A DNA stretch of 61,533 nucleotides, counting the filler. It is 5 parts of 5 records of this genome, joined end to end, with 100 filler letters (N's around TTAATTAATTAA, not from the genome) between each part and the next. Parts side by side here need not be neighbours in the genome. Positions count along the whole stretch, not along the records: positions 9,249 to 36,451 come from SRR2962707_3178; 4 more parts are not named here. One strand, given 5' to 3'. A model generated the notes under the pieces. That model was given only the letters and a program-made list of their open reading frames with translations. It made no database searches and had not been told where the DNA came from. Shown here piece after piece: positions 19,277-29,133 of this stretch (its first letter is position 1; every line of letters begins with the position of its first letter). The position numbers were made by a program, and so were the translations under genes.

Positions 19277-20449
19277 ATGATTTTCGTCACGACAACCAGA
19301 ACCGGAGAGCGGATCGAGTATCGCGACAACAAGCGCTGGCTCTGGGTTTTGTCAGTGTTGTCGCCTTCGTTGCCGGGACTGGCGGCAGTGGCCCTGCTTC
19401 TGAGCGGCAATCCCTGGTGGGCTCTGGCGCCCGTTATTTTCTACTACGGTGTCTACATTGTCGGTGACCACCTGGTCGGCCCGGATCCGAACAACCCGCC
19501 CGAAGAGGTGGTCGAGGCCATGGCCGCCGACCAGTATTACCGTGTGCTGCTGTTTCTCTCGGTGCCGGTGTTCTGGTTTTCCTTTCTCGCCTGCGCCATT
19601 GCGGCGGGCCAGCCCGGCACGCCGGTCTGGGCCTGGATCGGGCTGGTTGTCGCTGCAGGTGTCAGTTCAGGCACGGCCATTACTGTTGGACATGAGCTGG
19701 GCCACAAGCCAAACCGGCTGGACCAGTGGGGCGCGAAATTTGCCAATGCGGTGTCAGGTTACGGACATTTCTGCATCGAACACAATCGCGGCCACCATGT
19801 GCATGTCGCCACACCCGAAGACCCCGCATCTGCCCGTCTTGGCGAAAGCCTGTGGCGCTTCGCATGCCGCGAAATACCGGGCACCGCCCGGCGTGGCTGG
19901 CACATGGAGCGGGCGCGGCTTGAGCGCAAGGGCCTGCCATTCTGGCACTGGCGCAATGACATTCTCCAGGGCTACGCCATCACGCTTACAGCAGACTTGC
20001 TGCTGATCGCAGCTTTCGGCTGGACCATGCTGGTGTTTGTGGTGCTGCACAATCTGATCGGCTGGTTTCACCTGACCACCGCCAATTATATCGAGCATTA
20101 TGGGCTCAAGCGGGATCTCAAGCCGGACGGGCGTTATGGCCCGTGCGAGCCGCGGCATTCCTGGAACACCAACCACATCATTTCCAATCTGATGCTGTTT
20201 CATCTGCAGCGGCACTCGGATCATCACGCCAATCCGTTGCGCCCCTATCAGGCGCTTCGTTCGTTTGACGATCTGCCGACATTGCCGTCGGGCTATCCGG
20301 GCACCTTCCTGCTGGCGTCGTTTCCAGCGCTGTGGTTCCGGGTGATGGATCCGAAGGTGATCGCATGGGCCGGAGGCGACCTGAGCAAGACCAATCTGGA
20401 TCCGGAGAAGGCGGAGATTTACCGGACGCGCTTGCACAGTGCAGCATGA
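19277..20449 (+). CDS. alkB: Alkane 1-monooxygenase (non-heme di-iron membrane hydroxylase)
   Basis: All four His motifs: HELGH, EHNRGHH, NYIEHYG, LQRHSDHHA; GGGAGG RBS. Confidence 0.95.
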   Translation: MIFVTTTRTGERIEYRDNKRWLWVLSVLSPSLPGLAAVALLLSGNPWWALAPVIFYYGVYIVGDHLVGPDPNNPPEEVVEAMAADQYYRVLLFLSVPVFWFSFLACAIAAGQPGTPVWAWIGLVVAAGVSSGTAITVGHELGHKPNRLDQWGAKFANAVSGYGHFCIEHNRGHHVHVATPEDPASARLGESLWRFACREIPGTARRGWHMERARLERKGLPFWHWRNDILQGYAITLTADLLLIAAFGWTMLVFVVLHNLIGWFHLTTANYIEHYGLKRDLKPDGRYGPCEPRHSWNTNHIISNLMLFHLQRHSDHHANPLRPYQALRSFDDLPTLPSGYPGTFLLASFPALWFRVMDPKVIAWAGGDLSKTNLDPEKAEIYRTRLHSAA

Positions 20450-21063
20450 GAGATTTACGCCTCCCCTCGGATGAGCGGATCGCGTCCGTGCTCGCCTTCC
20501 TGGATCAGGCCAACCGGCTGAAAGATACCCTGCGCAGCGGCCACACCCCCGAAGGCCGGCAGGAAAGCACCGCCGAGCACAGCTGGCGGCTCTGCCTGCT
20601 TGCCATTTTGTTCAGCGACAAGCTTGAGGGTGTCGACCTGCTTCGGCTCATCAAGATCTGCATCGTGCACGATCTCGGAGAGGCAATTTCCGGTGACGTC
20701 CCGGCGGTTGATCAACGCGCCGGGGATGACCGGGCCGCTCGGGAGCGCGCCGATCTGATAACGCTCTGTACGCCCCTGCCCGTTGATTTGAAGACCGAGA
20801 TCCTGTCACTCTGGGACGACTATGCCGAGGCCAGATCACCCGAAGCAATCATGGCCAAGGGACTGGACAAGATTGAAACCATGCTGACCCATTCCACCGG
20901 CAAGAATCCGGCTGATTTCGATTATGGTTTCAATCTGGATTATGGCGTAGCGGCCACCGACCGGCATCCTCTGCTCTCATCCATCAGAGCCCATGTTGAC
21001 GAGCGCACCCGCGCTCTCTGCGAAAACCGGGAACAGAAGCAAGACCCGCTGAAAACCCGCTAA
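20446..21063 (+). CDS. HD-domain metal-dependent hydrolase (HDDC2/YfbR-like)
   Basis: ESTAEHSWR, VHDLGEA..GD, DK; ATGA overlap with alkB stop. Confidence 0.85.
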   Translation: MRDLRLPSDERIASVLAFLDQANRLKDTLRSGHTPEGRQESTAEHSWRLCLLAILFSDKLEGVDLLRLIKICIVHDLGEAISGDVPAVDQRAGDDRAARERADLITLCTPLPVDLKTEILSLWDDYAEARSPEAIMAKGLDKIETMLTHSTGKNPADFDYGFNLDYGVAATDRHPLLSSIRAHVDERTRALCENREQKQDPLKTR

Positions 21064-21093
21064 CGGGGGACGGCTTCAAGGGCCGCGCGCGCC

Positions 21094-22602
21094 TTACGCG
21101 ACCTTGGCGAGCCGCGATGACACCATCACCTGGGTGCGTTGTCCCGAAACCGTGAACCGCGAGACAAGTTGCTCAAGTGTCTGGTTGATCCCCAGCAGGT
21201 TCTGGGTGGCTGCGTTGGTCTGTTCCACCATTGCCGCATTCTGCTGGGTGATCTGGTCCATAGAAGTCACGGCGGAGTTGATTTCCGCGATGCCTATGGA
21301 TTGCTCCTGCGCGGCATGCGAGATCGAGCCGAAATGCTCGCTGATGACACGCACCTGCGCTCCGATGTTGCTCAATGTCTCTCCGGTCTTGTTGACCAGC
21401 GAGACGCCACTCAGAACGTCCTTGAAAGAGGCGTCGATCAGTTGCTTGATTTCCTTGGCAGCAGTGGCCGAACGCTGCGCCAGGTCACGGACTTCCTGAG
21501 CGACCACGGCAAACCCCCTGCCCGCCTCGCCCGCCCTTGCTGCTTCGACCCCGGCATTGAGCGCCAGCAGGTTGGTCTGAAATGAAATCTCGTCGATCAC
21601 CGTAATGATCTGGGTGATCTTCTTGGACGATTCCTCGATCTTGCCCATTGCCTCGACAGCTGCATTTACAGTTTCGCCGGAAAGCTCTGCCTGTTGCGAG
21701 GCCTGCTCGACAACCTGCCGCGCCTCGTGTGTGAGTTGGGCTGACTGTTTGGAAATGGTCGAAATCTGTTCGATGGCTGCAGCGGTCTCTTCAAGTGCTG
21801 CAGCCTGTTGTTCGGTCCGCCGCGCCATGTCGTCGGTTGCACCGGAAAGCTCGCGGGTGTCCGTGGTCGACTGCCGTACGGAGGCGATGATCTCGGCAAA
21901 AGCGCCGCTGAGTTTGGCGACGGATGAATTGTAGTTGGCCTTGAGCTGATCGAAATCGGCTGCGAGCGGCTGAGAGATAGTCGACCCCAGATCGCCTTCG
22001 GCCAAACCGTGGAGCGCCTGTTGAAGGGCCTGCATTGCCGTGTCCTGATCGGCCTTGAGCCGTGCACGCTCCTGTTCGGCCATCTGACGCTCTTCGTGCA
22101 GGGCATCGAGATAGACCGATATGGCGTAGTCCATGTCGATAAGCGCGGCCTTGACCACAGCCGCCACGCCTTCACTGGCCTTGCGGGCCTTTGCACGTGT
22201 TCCAAATCTGCCGAGTTCGCTCTCGATGATGGACTTGATCAGTTCTTCGAGGATCAGCGAATAGCCGCCGATGTACCATTGCGGCTCAAGCCCCAGTTTC
22301 GCATGGACCTTGCCGATGCGGGTGACCCCATCGATGTAGTTTTGATCGAACTTGCCGGTCGCGATCATGTTCCAATGCTCCGCCTGCTTTTGCTTGGCGT
22401 GGGCGATATGGGATGCATCGCGGAAATGCCTGGCGGTTTCCGGATTGGAGGAGGCCTGAGCATAAAACTTGTCGAGCGCCGGACCGACGGACTCTCCGAT
22501 TTTCGCCGTGAGCCCGACGAGCGCTGCCAGTTGCGGCTTGCCCATTCCGACGAATTCGAGTTTGGCCGCGATTTCGCTGCGCTTCGTGACGTCCTGAGTC
22601 AT
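21094..22602 (-). CDS. Globin-coupled methyl-accepting chemotaxis protein (HemAT-like)
   Basis: N-terminal sensor globin ([22 protein letters not shown]) plus MCP signalling domain ([27 protein letters not shown]); no TM segments. Confidence 0.9.
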   Translation of the reverse strand: MTQDVTKRSEIAAKLEFVGMGKPQLAALVGLTAKIGESVGPALDKFYAQASSNPETARHFRDASHIAHAKQKQAEHWNMIATGKFDQNYIDGVTRIGKVHAKLGLEPQWYIGGYSLILEELIKSIIESELGRFGTRAKARKASEGVAAVVKAALIDMDYAISVYLDALHEERQMAEQERARLKADQDTAMQALQQALHGLAEGDLGSTISQPLAADFDQLKANYNSSVAKLSGAFAEIIASVRQSTTDTRELSGATDDMARRTEQQAAALEETAAAIEQISTISKQSAQLTHEARQVVEQASQQAELSGETVNAAVEAMGKIEESSKKITQIITVIDEISFQTNLLALNAGVEAARAGEAGRGFAVVAQEVRDLAQRSATAAKEIKQLIDASFKDVLSGVSLVNKTGETLSNIGAQVRVISEHFGSISHAAQEQSIGIAEINSAVTSMDQITQQNAAMVEQTNAATQNLLGINQTLEQLVSRFTVSGQRTQVMVSSRLAKVA

Positions 22603-22999
22603 AACCGTTTGTCCCGATCCATTGCCTGAATTGAGGCTGTCATTCGCCTTTGTCAGAGCCTGAAACGAGACCATCATGGTCTCTGCGCCGGGTCTATTTT
22701 CTATTGGCTAACGGCGGTTAAACTGCCTTGTATGAAATTTCATAATTTCCAATGTTTCGCTAATTTAACAACAGCTTGATCGCGGCGATCCAGAGGGGCT
22801 TTGCAGCCAATCCGATGATTTTCACGGGCGACTCAACCGATTCTGCGACAGTTTGACGCCGCGCTCCAGTCACAACGTGCAGCTTCACATTGATGGCGTG
22901 CTCCGTGGCCTGAATGAGGGGGCAAATTGGTTCCAGCCTTGCGCAAACCCGAGACCCGTAGCGCGCCGGGATGAAACAGAGCCAGCACCTGTCAGGTGG

Positions 23000-23674
23000 T
23001 CAGCCGGCTTTGGTGGCGACCCAGATCATGTGCCGCGCACCGCGCTTTTTCGTGCTGGCGCGGGTGGGCACTTCGGCAACCTGAAACCCGGCTTGTTTCA
23101 ATCGCCGTGTGAAGGCCGGGTCCGGCGCCGAGGACCAGACCGAAAAGATGCCGCCGGGTGTGAGAGCCCTGCAGGCGATGGCCAATCCTTGCGCCGAATA
23201 GAGCGCGTCGTTGCCCTGCCGGGTCAAGCCGTCGGGACCATTGTCGACGTCGAGCAGGATCGCATCCCAGGCGCGCTCGCTGCCGCGGATCAGTTCGCCG
23301 ACGTCACCCTCGAACAGGCTCACACGCGCATCTTCCAGACAGCCGTCAAACACCGGGGCCATCGGACTGTGCGCCCAGGAAATGACCTGCGGCACCAGTT
23401 CGGCGACGGTGATGCTTGCGTCCTGGCCGAGCGCCTTGAGCGCCGCGCGCAGGGTAAAGCCCATGCCAAGCCCGCCGATCAGCATGCGGGCTCCCGCCCT
23501 GCCCTCAAGCTTGGCCGAAGTCAGATCCGCCAACGCTTCTTCCGAGCCACTCAGGCGGCTGTTCATCAGCTCGTTGGAACCGAGCATGATAGAGAATTCA
23601 TCGCCACGACGCATCAGCCGCAGTTCAACGCCATCTTCAAGTTCCACGGCGTCAAGCCGAACCCAGGGGATCAT
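23000..23674 (-). CDS. Spermidine-synthase-like SAM-binding protein
   Basis: LIGGLGMGFT, DAILLDVDNGP motifs. Confidence 0.8.
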   Translation of the reverse strand: MIPWVRLDAVELEDGVELRLMRRGDEFSIMLGSNELMNSRLSGSEEALADLTSAKLEGRAGARMLIGGLGMGFTLRAALKALGQDASITVAELVPQVISWAHSPMAPVFDGCLEDARVSLFEGDVGELIRGSERAWDAILLDVDNGPDGLTRQGNDALYSAQGLAIACRALTPGGIFSVWSSAPDPAFTRRLKQAGFQVAEVPTRASTKKRGARHMIWVATKAG

Positions 23675-23826
23675 GATGTTCTACCTTGAACCGTGTCTGC
23701 CGTACGAAAGCCTGCTGCGGACAAAGGCCCGCGCTCTTCCTTGTTCAACGCAATTGGCAAAAGTTGCAAGCGACCCAGGAACAAATTCCGCAACTGACAA
23801 GCAGGCTGAGGTCACACTGGTTGAAG

Positions 23827-24195
23827 TCACCGGGCGCGTCGGTCAAATGCGCGGCGTGCTGCCTCCACTTCGGGCATCTGCTCGATTGTCCAGGCATAGA
23901 GTGCCTTGAACGGTGGTTGCAGCGTGCGGCCCAGGGGGGTGATCTCATATTCGACACCCACAGGCGACGCCGGGATCACCCGCCGCTCCACCAGCCCGTT
24001 GCGTTCCAGCCGTCTGAGGCAGTCGGTTAGCGCCTTCTGGGTAACCCCCTCCAGATGCCTTTTGATGGCGTTGAACCGCATCGGACCGGCGTCGAGAACC
24101 GTCAACACCATCATCGACCATTTGCCGGCGATCTGGTCGAACAGCTCGCGGCTGGGACACTCGGCCGAAAAGCTCTGGCAGGTTTTTGTGTCCAT
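23827..24195 (-). CDS. HxlR family regulator
   Basis: CPSR..GKWS, VTQKALTDCLRRLERNG, VEYEIT. Confidence 0.9.
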   Translation of the reverse strand: MDTKTCQSFSAECPSRELFDQIAGKWSMMVLTVLDAGPMRFNAIKRHLEGVTQKALTDCLRRLERNGLVERRVIPASPVGVEYEITPLGRTLQPPFKALYAWTIEQMPEVEAARRAFDRRAR

Positions 24196-24296
24196 GGTGG
24201 TTTCCTTCAGTATACCTGGTCAATCCAAAGTGCCGTCTTGAACCTAGGTATAAACTATATACTTACGAGGTCTCTTTGAAAAGGACACCTCCAACA

Positions 24297-25418
24297 ATGC
24301 CAGCATCTCCCAATACCGACAGCCTGTTTCGCCCGTTCCAGTTCAAATCCCTGACGCTGAAGAACCGCATTGTCATGGCGCCGATGACCCGGAATTTCTC
24401 GCCCCAGGGCGTACCGGGCACCAATGTCGCTGACTATTACCGCCGCCGCGCCGCAGCCGATGTCGGGCTGATCCTGTCGGAAGGAACGGTGATCGACCGG
24501 CCTGCCTCGCGCAACGAAGCGGGCATTCCGTTTTTCCACGGCAAGGACGCGCTGGCCGGTTGGAAGAGCGTCATCGACAGCGTTCACGCTGCTGGCGGCA
24601 AGATGGGTCCCCAGATCTGGCACACCGGTGCGACGCGCGGCATGAGCGGATGGGCGCCCGAAGCGCCGGTCGAAAGCCCCTCGGGTCTCAACGGTCCCGG
24701 TGACCCGAACGGCGTGGCGATGAGCGAGGAAGACATCGCCGACACCATTGCGGCTTTCGCCAGTGCTGCGGCCGACGCCAAACGGCTGGGCTTTGACGTG
24801 GTCGAACTGCACGGCGCGCACGGCTATCTGATCGACCAGTTCTTCTGGGCAGCCACCAACCAGCGCGACGACCGTTATGGCGGTGCCACCTTGAAGGAGC
24901 GCGCCCGGTTTGCCGCTGAAATTGTGGCCGCGACACGCGAAGCGCTGGGCCCCGATTACCCGCTGATCCTGCGCCTGAGCCAGTGGAAGCAGCAGGATTA
25001 CAAGACCAAGCTCGCCACCACACCTGATGAAATGGCCGACTGGCTGCTGCCGCTGAAGGAAGCCGGCGTCGATATATTCCACTGCTCGCAGCGGCGGTTC
25101 TGGGAACCCGAATTCCCGGAGATCGATGGCGCTGAAGGTCTCAATTTCGCAGGCTGGGCCAAGAAGCTGACCGGAGCGGCCACGATCTCGGTCGGCTCGG
25201 TCGGACTGTCGGGCGAGTTCCTTGCGGCATTCGGTGGCCAGAAATCCTCACCGGTGGGTCTGGACGGATTGGTGCGCCGCATGGAAGCCGAGGAATTCGA
25301 CCTGATCGCCGTTGGCCGCGCGGTTCTTGCCGACCCGCAATGGGTGACCAAGATCAGGACTGGCGACACGCAAGAGCTGCAGCCTTTCGATCCGGCATCG
25401 ATGGCCGAACTGGTCTGA
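24297..25418 (+). CDS. NADH:flavin oxidoreductase (Old Yellow Enzyme family)
   Basis: NRIVMAPMTR, ELHGAHGYLIDQF, DLIAVGRA. Confidence 0.92.
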   Translation: MPASPNTDSLFRPFQFKSLTLKNRIVMAPMTRNFSPQGVPGTNVADYYRRRAAADVGLILSEGTVIDRPASRNEAGIPFFHGKDALAGWKSVIDSVHAAGGKMGPQIWHTGATRGMSGWAPEAPVESPSGLNGPGDPNGVAMSEEDIADTIAAFASAAADAKRLGFDVVELHGAHGYLIDQFFWAATNQRDDRYGGATLKERARFAAEIVAATREALGPDYPLILRLSQWKQQDYKTKLATTPDEMADWLLPLKEAGVDIFHCSQRRFWEPEFPEIDGAEGLNFAGWAKKLTGAATISVGSVGLSGEFLAAFGGQKSSPVGLDGLVRRMEAEEFDLIAVGRAVLADPQWVTKIRTGDTQELQPFDPASMAELV

Positions 25419-25423
25419 TGACA

Positions 25424-25457
25424 CCGCCGCCGGGACCCTGGTTTCGGCGGCGTTTTA
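25424..25457 (+). terminator. Intrinsic terminator
   Basis: CGCCGCCG..CGGCGGCG stem followed by TTTT. Confidence 0.6.
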
Positions 25458-25519
25458 ATTTGTTTGAATACACATCAAGGCGGATTGCGCCGGCCCGGTG
25501 AACGCCCGCGCATTCACCG

Positions 25520-28018
25520 TCAGGCGGCAGCCGACTTCTTGCGGCTTTCGGAGGACGAAGGCTCGGATTGGGTACGCCCGACAGCGGCTTTCAGGTGGTT
25601 TGCAAGGAAAACAGCCGTCTCTTCCAGTGAAATCGGTTTGGCATAGAGGTAGCCTTGCCCTTGACCGCAGCCCATGAAACTCAACGCTTCTTCCTGCTCG
25701 AGCGTTTCGATGCCTTCGGCTGTTGTCTCGAGATCCAGCGTCTGTGCCAGCTGGGTTATCGTTCTGATGATGGCGTGAGCGATTTTTGAATCATTGCCGC
25801 AGATGGGCGTGATGAAAGACCGGTCGATCTTGATCTTGGTGAAGGGAAACTCGCTCAGATAGGCCAGCGACGAGTATCCGGTTCCAAAATCATCCAGCGC
25901 CACCCGTATGCCGCGATCCCGCAAGGCTTTCAGGAGTGGCCGGACATTGGCAACCTTCTGCATGATCGTCGATTCCGTCAGCTCCACTTCCAGCCGCTGC
26001 GGAGCAAGTCCGGTTTTGGCGAGAACCATATCGATCATCGACAGCACGTCCGAGCGCTCAATCTGGACTCCGGACAGGTTGACCGCGATCGTCATATGAG
26101 ATGGCCAGGATATCGCATCGCGGCAGGCCCGCTCCATCACCCACGCCCCGAGAGGCACGATCAGACCTGTTTCCTCAAGCAGTGGAATGAAATCAAGTGG
26201 CATCACCAGGCCGTATCCGGGCCGGTTCCAGCGCAGCAGCGCTTCAAACCCGGTGGGCTCACCGTCGCCGAACTTGATTTGGGGCTGGTAGACCAGGAAG
26301 AAATCCTCTGAGCCGATGCTGTTGCGCAGGTCGTTGACCATATCGTGCTTGTAGCGGGACTTGCTGCTCATCTCGCGCTCGTAGCACATGAGCGTGTCGC
26401 GACCGGCTTCCTTGGCGGCATAAAGCGCCAGATCGGCAGCCTTGAGCAGGTCTTCATCGGTCCCGGCATCCACCGGTGCAAACGCCACGCCGATGCTCGC
26501 ATAGATATGAAGAACGTTGTCCTCATAACTGAAGGGCTGGGCCAACAGCGCCCGGCACTGCTCGCCAAAGCTTGCGACGTCCGCACGCTCCATCTGATGA
26601 TCCAAAAGCCAGGCAAACTCGTCGCCGCCGAGACGTACCAGAAGCCCCTCCCCGCGGGTTACCTCGTTGAGCCGCGCGGCGACGGTCTGCAGCACCACAT
26701 CGCCGGCGATGTGACCCAGCGTGTCATTGATGCTCTTGAAATTATCAAGGTCAAACAGGACCAGAGTACATGGCGCGGCGTCATTGGCCTGCGCGCTCAG
26801 GCGTGTCTTGAGCTCGTTTTGAAACCGGTACCTGTTGGCGAGCCCCGTGAGTGAATCCACATTTCCAAGACGGGTCATTTCCATTTCGTGTTCTTGCTGG
26901 TCGGTGACATCCATTCCCAGACCATGCCAGCGCTCGATCTGTCCGTTGCTGTCATATAATGGGCTTGCCTTGAGCGACCACCAGCGCACTTCGCCACCAT
27001 GGGAGGACGAAATGACAAAATCGGACACCACATGGCCCGCGGCCAAGGCAAAGTCGAATTTTTTGTGAAGCAGCTGGAATTTGGCTGTCCCGGCAGCCTC
27101 GGGTCCGCACAGTGTAAACAGCAGATGTTCGCCGGCCAGATCCTGCTGCGAACGGTTGACGACTTCGGAAAGCCTGGGAGACACTCTGAGCAGCGCACCT
27201 GAGGGATCTATTTCAAACAGCCAGTCGGACGAATTTTCCTCGAAATCATTGAGCAGCAGCCCCAGAATTCCGCGTTGCTTGGCGATCTCCATCTCGGCCT
27301 GGACCGCTTCGGTGAAGCGACGGGCATTGATGAAGACCGAGACCGAGAGAAAACCGGCAAAGGCGGGAACCAGCAGCAACAGGCCGGCATAATTGTCCAT
27401 GTGGCGCATCAAGATCGAGGTGATGATCGCAAGGCAGAATGGATACACCCACATCAGCGCGACCAGCGGAATGTTGGCAAAGACCCAGGCTCCGCTGGCA
27501 ATCACGGCGGCAATGACACCAAGAATGATTGCGCGACCCGGATCATGATATCCGGCAAACAGATCCATCGACAAGAACCCGTAGGCGCCGGAACAAAACC
27601 CGATCCCGACGGCAATGATCAAACTCAGGGATGGCGGGAAACCAGCATCGAATTTTCCCAGCTTGAACCACGCGAAAACCGACAGATTGAACGTCGAGAC
27701 AGCAAAAAGGATGGCAACACTCAGACCAATAAGCGCCTGATTTCCGTTCTGCCATCCCAGAAAAGCCAGCGCGGCAGCAATAATGTAGGTTGAAAGGGCA
27801 GGCAGCGGGCTTAGCTTGATGAAGCTGAAAAGTTGCCGCTCTTCGCAAATCGACTTGAGAACGGCTGCATCATTGGGGTCTGCCACCATGCCGGACGTCG
27901 CGGGTTGCTGATCTTTCGACCGCGTCTCCGATTTCACCCCGGGAGAGCTTTGAAGCGGCGAGGCCACGCCTTGCGTCTCTTGCAAACCCGCCTTTCTCTC
28001 GCTTCCTTCATAATGCAT
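25520..28018 (-). CDS. Membrane-bound PAS-GGDEF-EAL c-di-GMP enzyme
   Basis: TM segments, PAS-like region, intact RLGGDEF, EALLRW and DDFGTGYSS; start uncertain. Confidence 0.92.
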   Translation of the reverse strand: MHYEGSERKAGLQETQGVASPLQSSPGVKSETRSKDQQPATSGMVADPNDAAVLKSICEERQLFSFIKLSPLPALSTYIIAAALAFLGWQNGNQALIGLSVAILFAVSTFNLSVFAWFKLGKFDAGFPPSLSLIIAVGIGFCSGAYGFLSMDLFAGYHDPGRAIILGVIAAVIASGAWVFANIPLVALMWVYPFCLAIITSILMRHMDNYAGLLLLVPAFAGFLSVSVFINARRFTEAVQAEMEIAKQRGILGLLLNDFEENSSDWLFEIDPSGALLRVSPRLSEVVNRSQQDLAGEHLLFTLCGPEAAGTAKFQLLHKKFDFALAAGHVVSDFVISSSHGGEVRWWSLKASPLYDSNGQIERWHGLGMDVTDQQEHEMEMTRLGNVDSLTGLANRYRFQNELKTRLSAQANDAAPCTLVLFDLDNFKSINDTLGHIAGDVVLQTVAARLNEVTRGEGLLVRLGGDEFAWLLDHQMERADVASFGEQCRALLAQPFSYEDNVLHIYASIGVAFAPVDAGTDEDLLKAADLALYAAKEAGRDTLMCYEREMSSKSRYKHDMVNDLRNSIGSEDFFLVYQPQIKFGDGEPTGFEALLRWNRPGYGLVMPLDFIPLLEETGLIVPLGAWVMERACRDAISWPSHMTIAVNLSGVQIERSDVLSMIDMVLAKTGLAPQRLEVELTESTIMQKVANVRPLLKALRDRGIRVALDDFGTGYSSLAYLSEFPFTKIKIDRSFITPICGNDSKIAHAIIRTITQLAQTLDLETTAEGIETLEQEEALSFMGCGQGQGYLYAKPISLEETAVFLANHLKAAVGRTQSEPSSSESRKKSAAA

Positions 28019-28245
28019 CAGAGGTGTCCCACTGCGAATTTCACTGGTCGTCCGACGTCAAACCAAACAAGTCATGTCGCAGCTATAATTCAGAGACTCT
28101 AATAAACGCTTTCGTGAAATGGTTATCCAATTGCTTGGTAAACGAGATGAAACAACAGGGAATTTGAGCAAGTGTTCACGCCTGCGCCTAGTTGCATATC
28201 GCAGGCACAAGACCCCTGAAATGCTGTCACTGCAATAGCAATCAT

Positions 28246-28330
28246 CCTCACGCTACCTGACAATTACCAGCCGTTCGGCGGCCCTCGTGATCGCGGTGTA
28301 GAGCCATCTCTCGCGGGTCTCGCGGAAGGC
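28246..28330 (-). repeat. 85-bp duplicate of the helicase gene 3' end (orphan copy)
   Basis: 79/85 identical to 29127-29211 by manual alignment; encodes the same AFRETRERWLYTAITRAAERLVIVR-stop. Confidence 0.95.
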
Positions 28331-28386
28331 TAAAGCAAAAACCGCCGTTGGGTTAAGTGCTGATTTAGGGGTGTGTCAGCCAGATA

Positions 28387-28674
28387 TTACTGCGTCACCG
28401 CATGCTCAAGGCTGATCTTCAGCCTGGCGCCTGTTGCTGCTGCATAGCGTTGCAATGCCTTCATCGAAGGACTGATGCGGCCGCTTTCCAGCTTGGCGAC
28501 ATAGGATTGCGACGTCTGCATTCTCTCTGCAACCTGCTCCTGCGTCATATTGGCTTCTGCACGGGCGCGGATCAGTGCTTCTGCGATAGAAAACTCTTCA
28601 GCCAATGAATCGTATTCGGCGCGCACATCGGGACGGTCCAGCAATTTCTTCTTGAATTCATTCAACTTCGTCAT
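28387..28674 (-). CDS. HTH (XRE/HigA-like) antitoxin
   Basis: ARAEANMTQEQVAERMQTSQSYVAKLESG HTH; 4-nt overlap with toxin gene. Confidence 0.85.
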   Translation of the reverse strand: MTKLNEFKKKLLDRPDVRAEYDSLAEEFSIAEALIRARAEANMTQEQVAERMQTSQSYVAKLESGRISPSMKALQRYAAATGARLKISLEHAVTQ

Positions 28675-28994
28675 TTGATTTCCTCCGCCCGCTTCAGAGC
28701 GAGCTCGATCTCACGGCGCGGGGTCTTTTGGGTCTTCTTGATAAAGACCCGAACCACGACAACCCGTTTGGGTCTGGCCACCACATAAAGGGCGCGGGAG
28801 ATACCATCCCTGCCCTTCATCCGGATCTCCCAAAGCGGGCCTTCCAGATGCTTCACATGGGGTCCGCGGATGCGCTCCAGCCCCAAAGCCTCGATCAACT
28901 CACCTATGCGAATGAACTTGGCAATCTGGTCAGCCGGCAGCGCTGACAGCTCGGCATCGACAGTCGCATCAAGAGTTTCGACATTCCACGTCAT
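28671..28994 (-). CDS. RelE/HigB-like (Gp49/DUF891-type) type II toxin
   Basis: PHVKHLEGPLWEIR, FIKKTQKTP..EI motifs; toxin upstream of HTH gene. Confidence 0.85.
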   Translation of the reverse strand: MTWNVETLDATVDAELSALPADQIAKFIRIGELIEALGLERIRGPHVKHLEGPLWEIRMKGRDGISRALYVVARPKRVVVVRVFIKKTQKTPRREIELALKRAEEIK

Positions 28995-28997
28995 GGA

Positions 28998-29015
28998 TAT
29001 ATCAAATCTGACATA
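28998..29015. promoter_or_regulatory. Imperfect palindrome, candidate TA autoregulatory operator
   Basis: TATATCA-AATC-TGACATA directly upstream of toxin ATG. Confidence 0.5.
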
Positions 29016-29133
29016 ATCTTGCAATCAGCATGTGAGCACAGACCAGCGGGTTTCAAGACCGGGCTTCGCACGAGTATGCAGCCGTGAGCGCCCTGCGACA
29101 ACCGGAGCCTGTTCCGCCGCAACCAGCCTCACG

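Noticed and set aside
22700-22725. Possible CtrA site upstream of the globin-MCP gene
   Set aside because: Half-site spacing is 6 rather than 7 and one half is degenerate.
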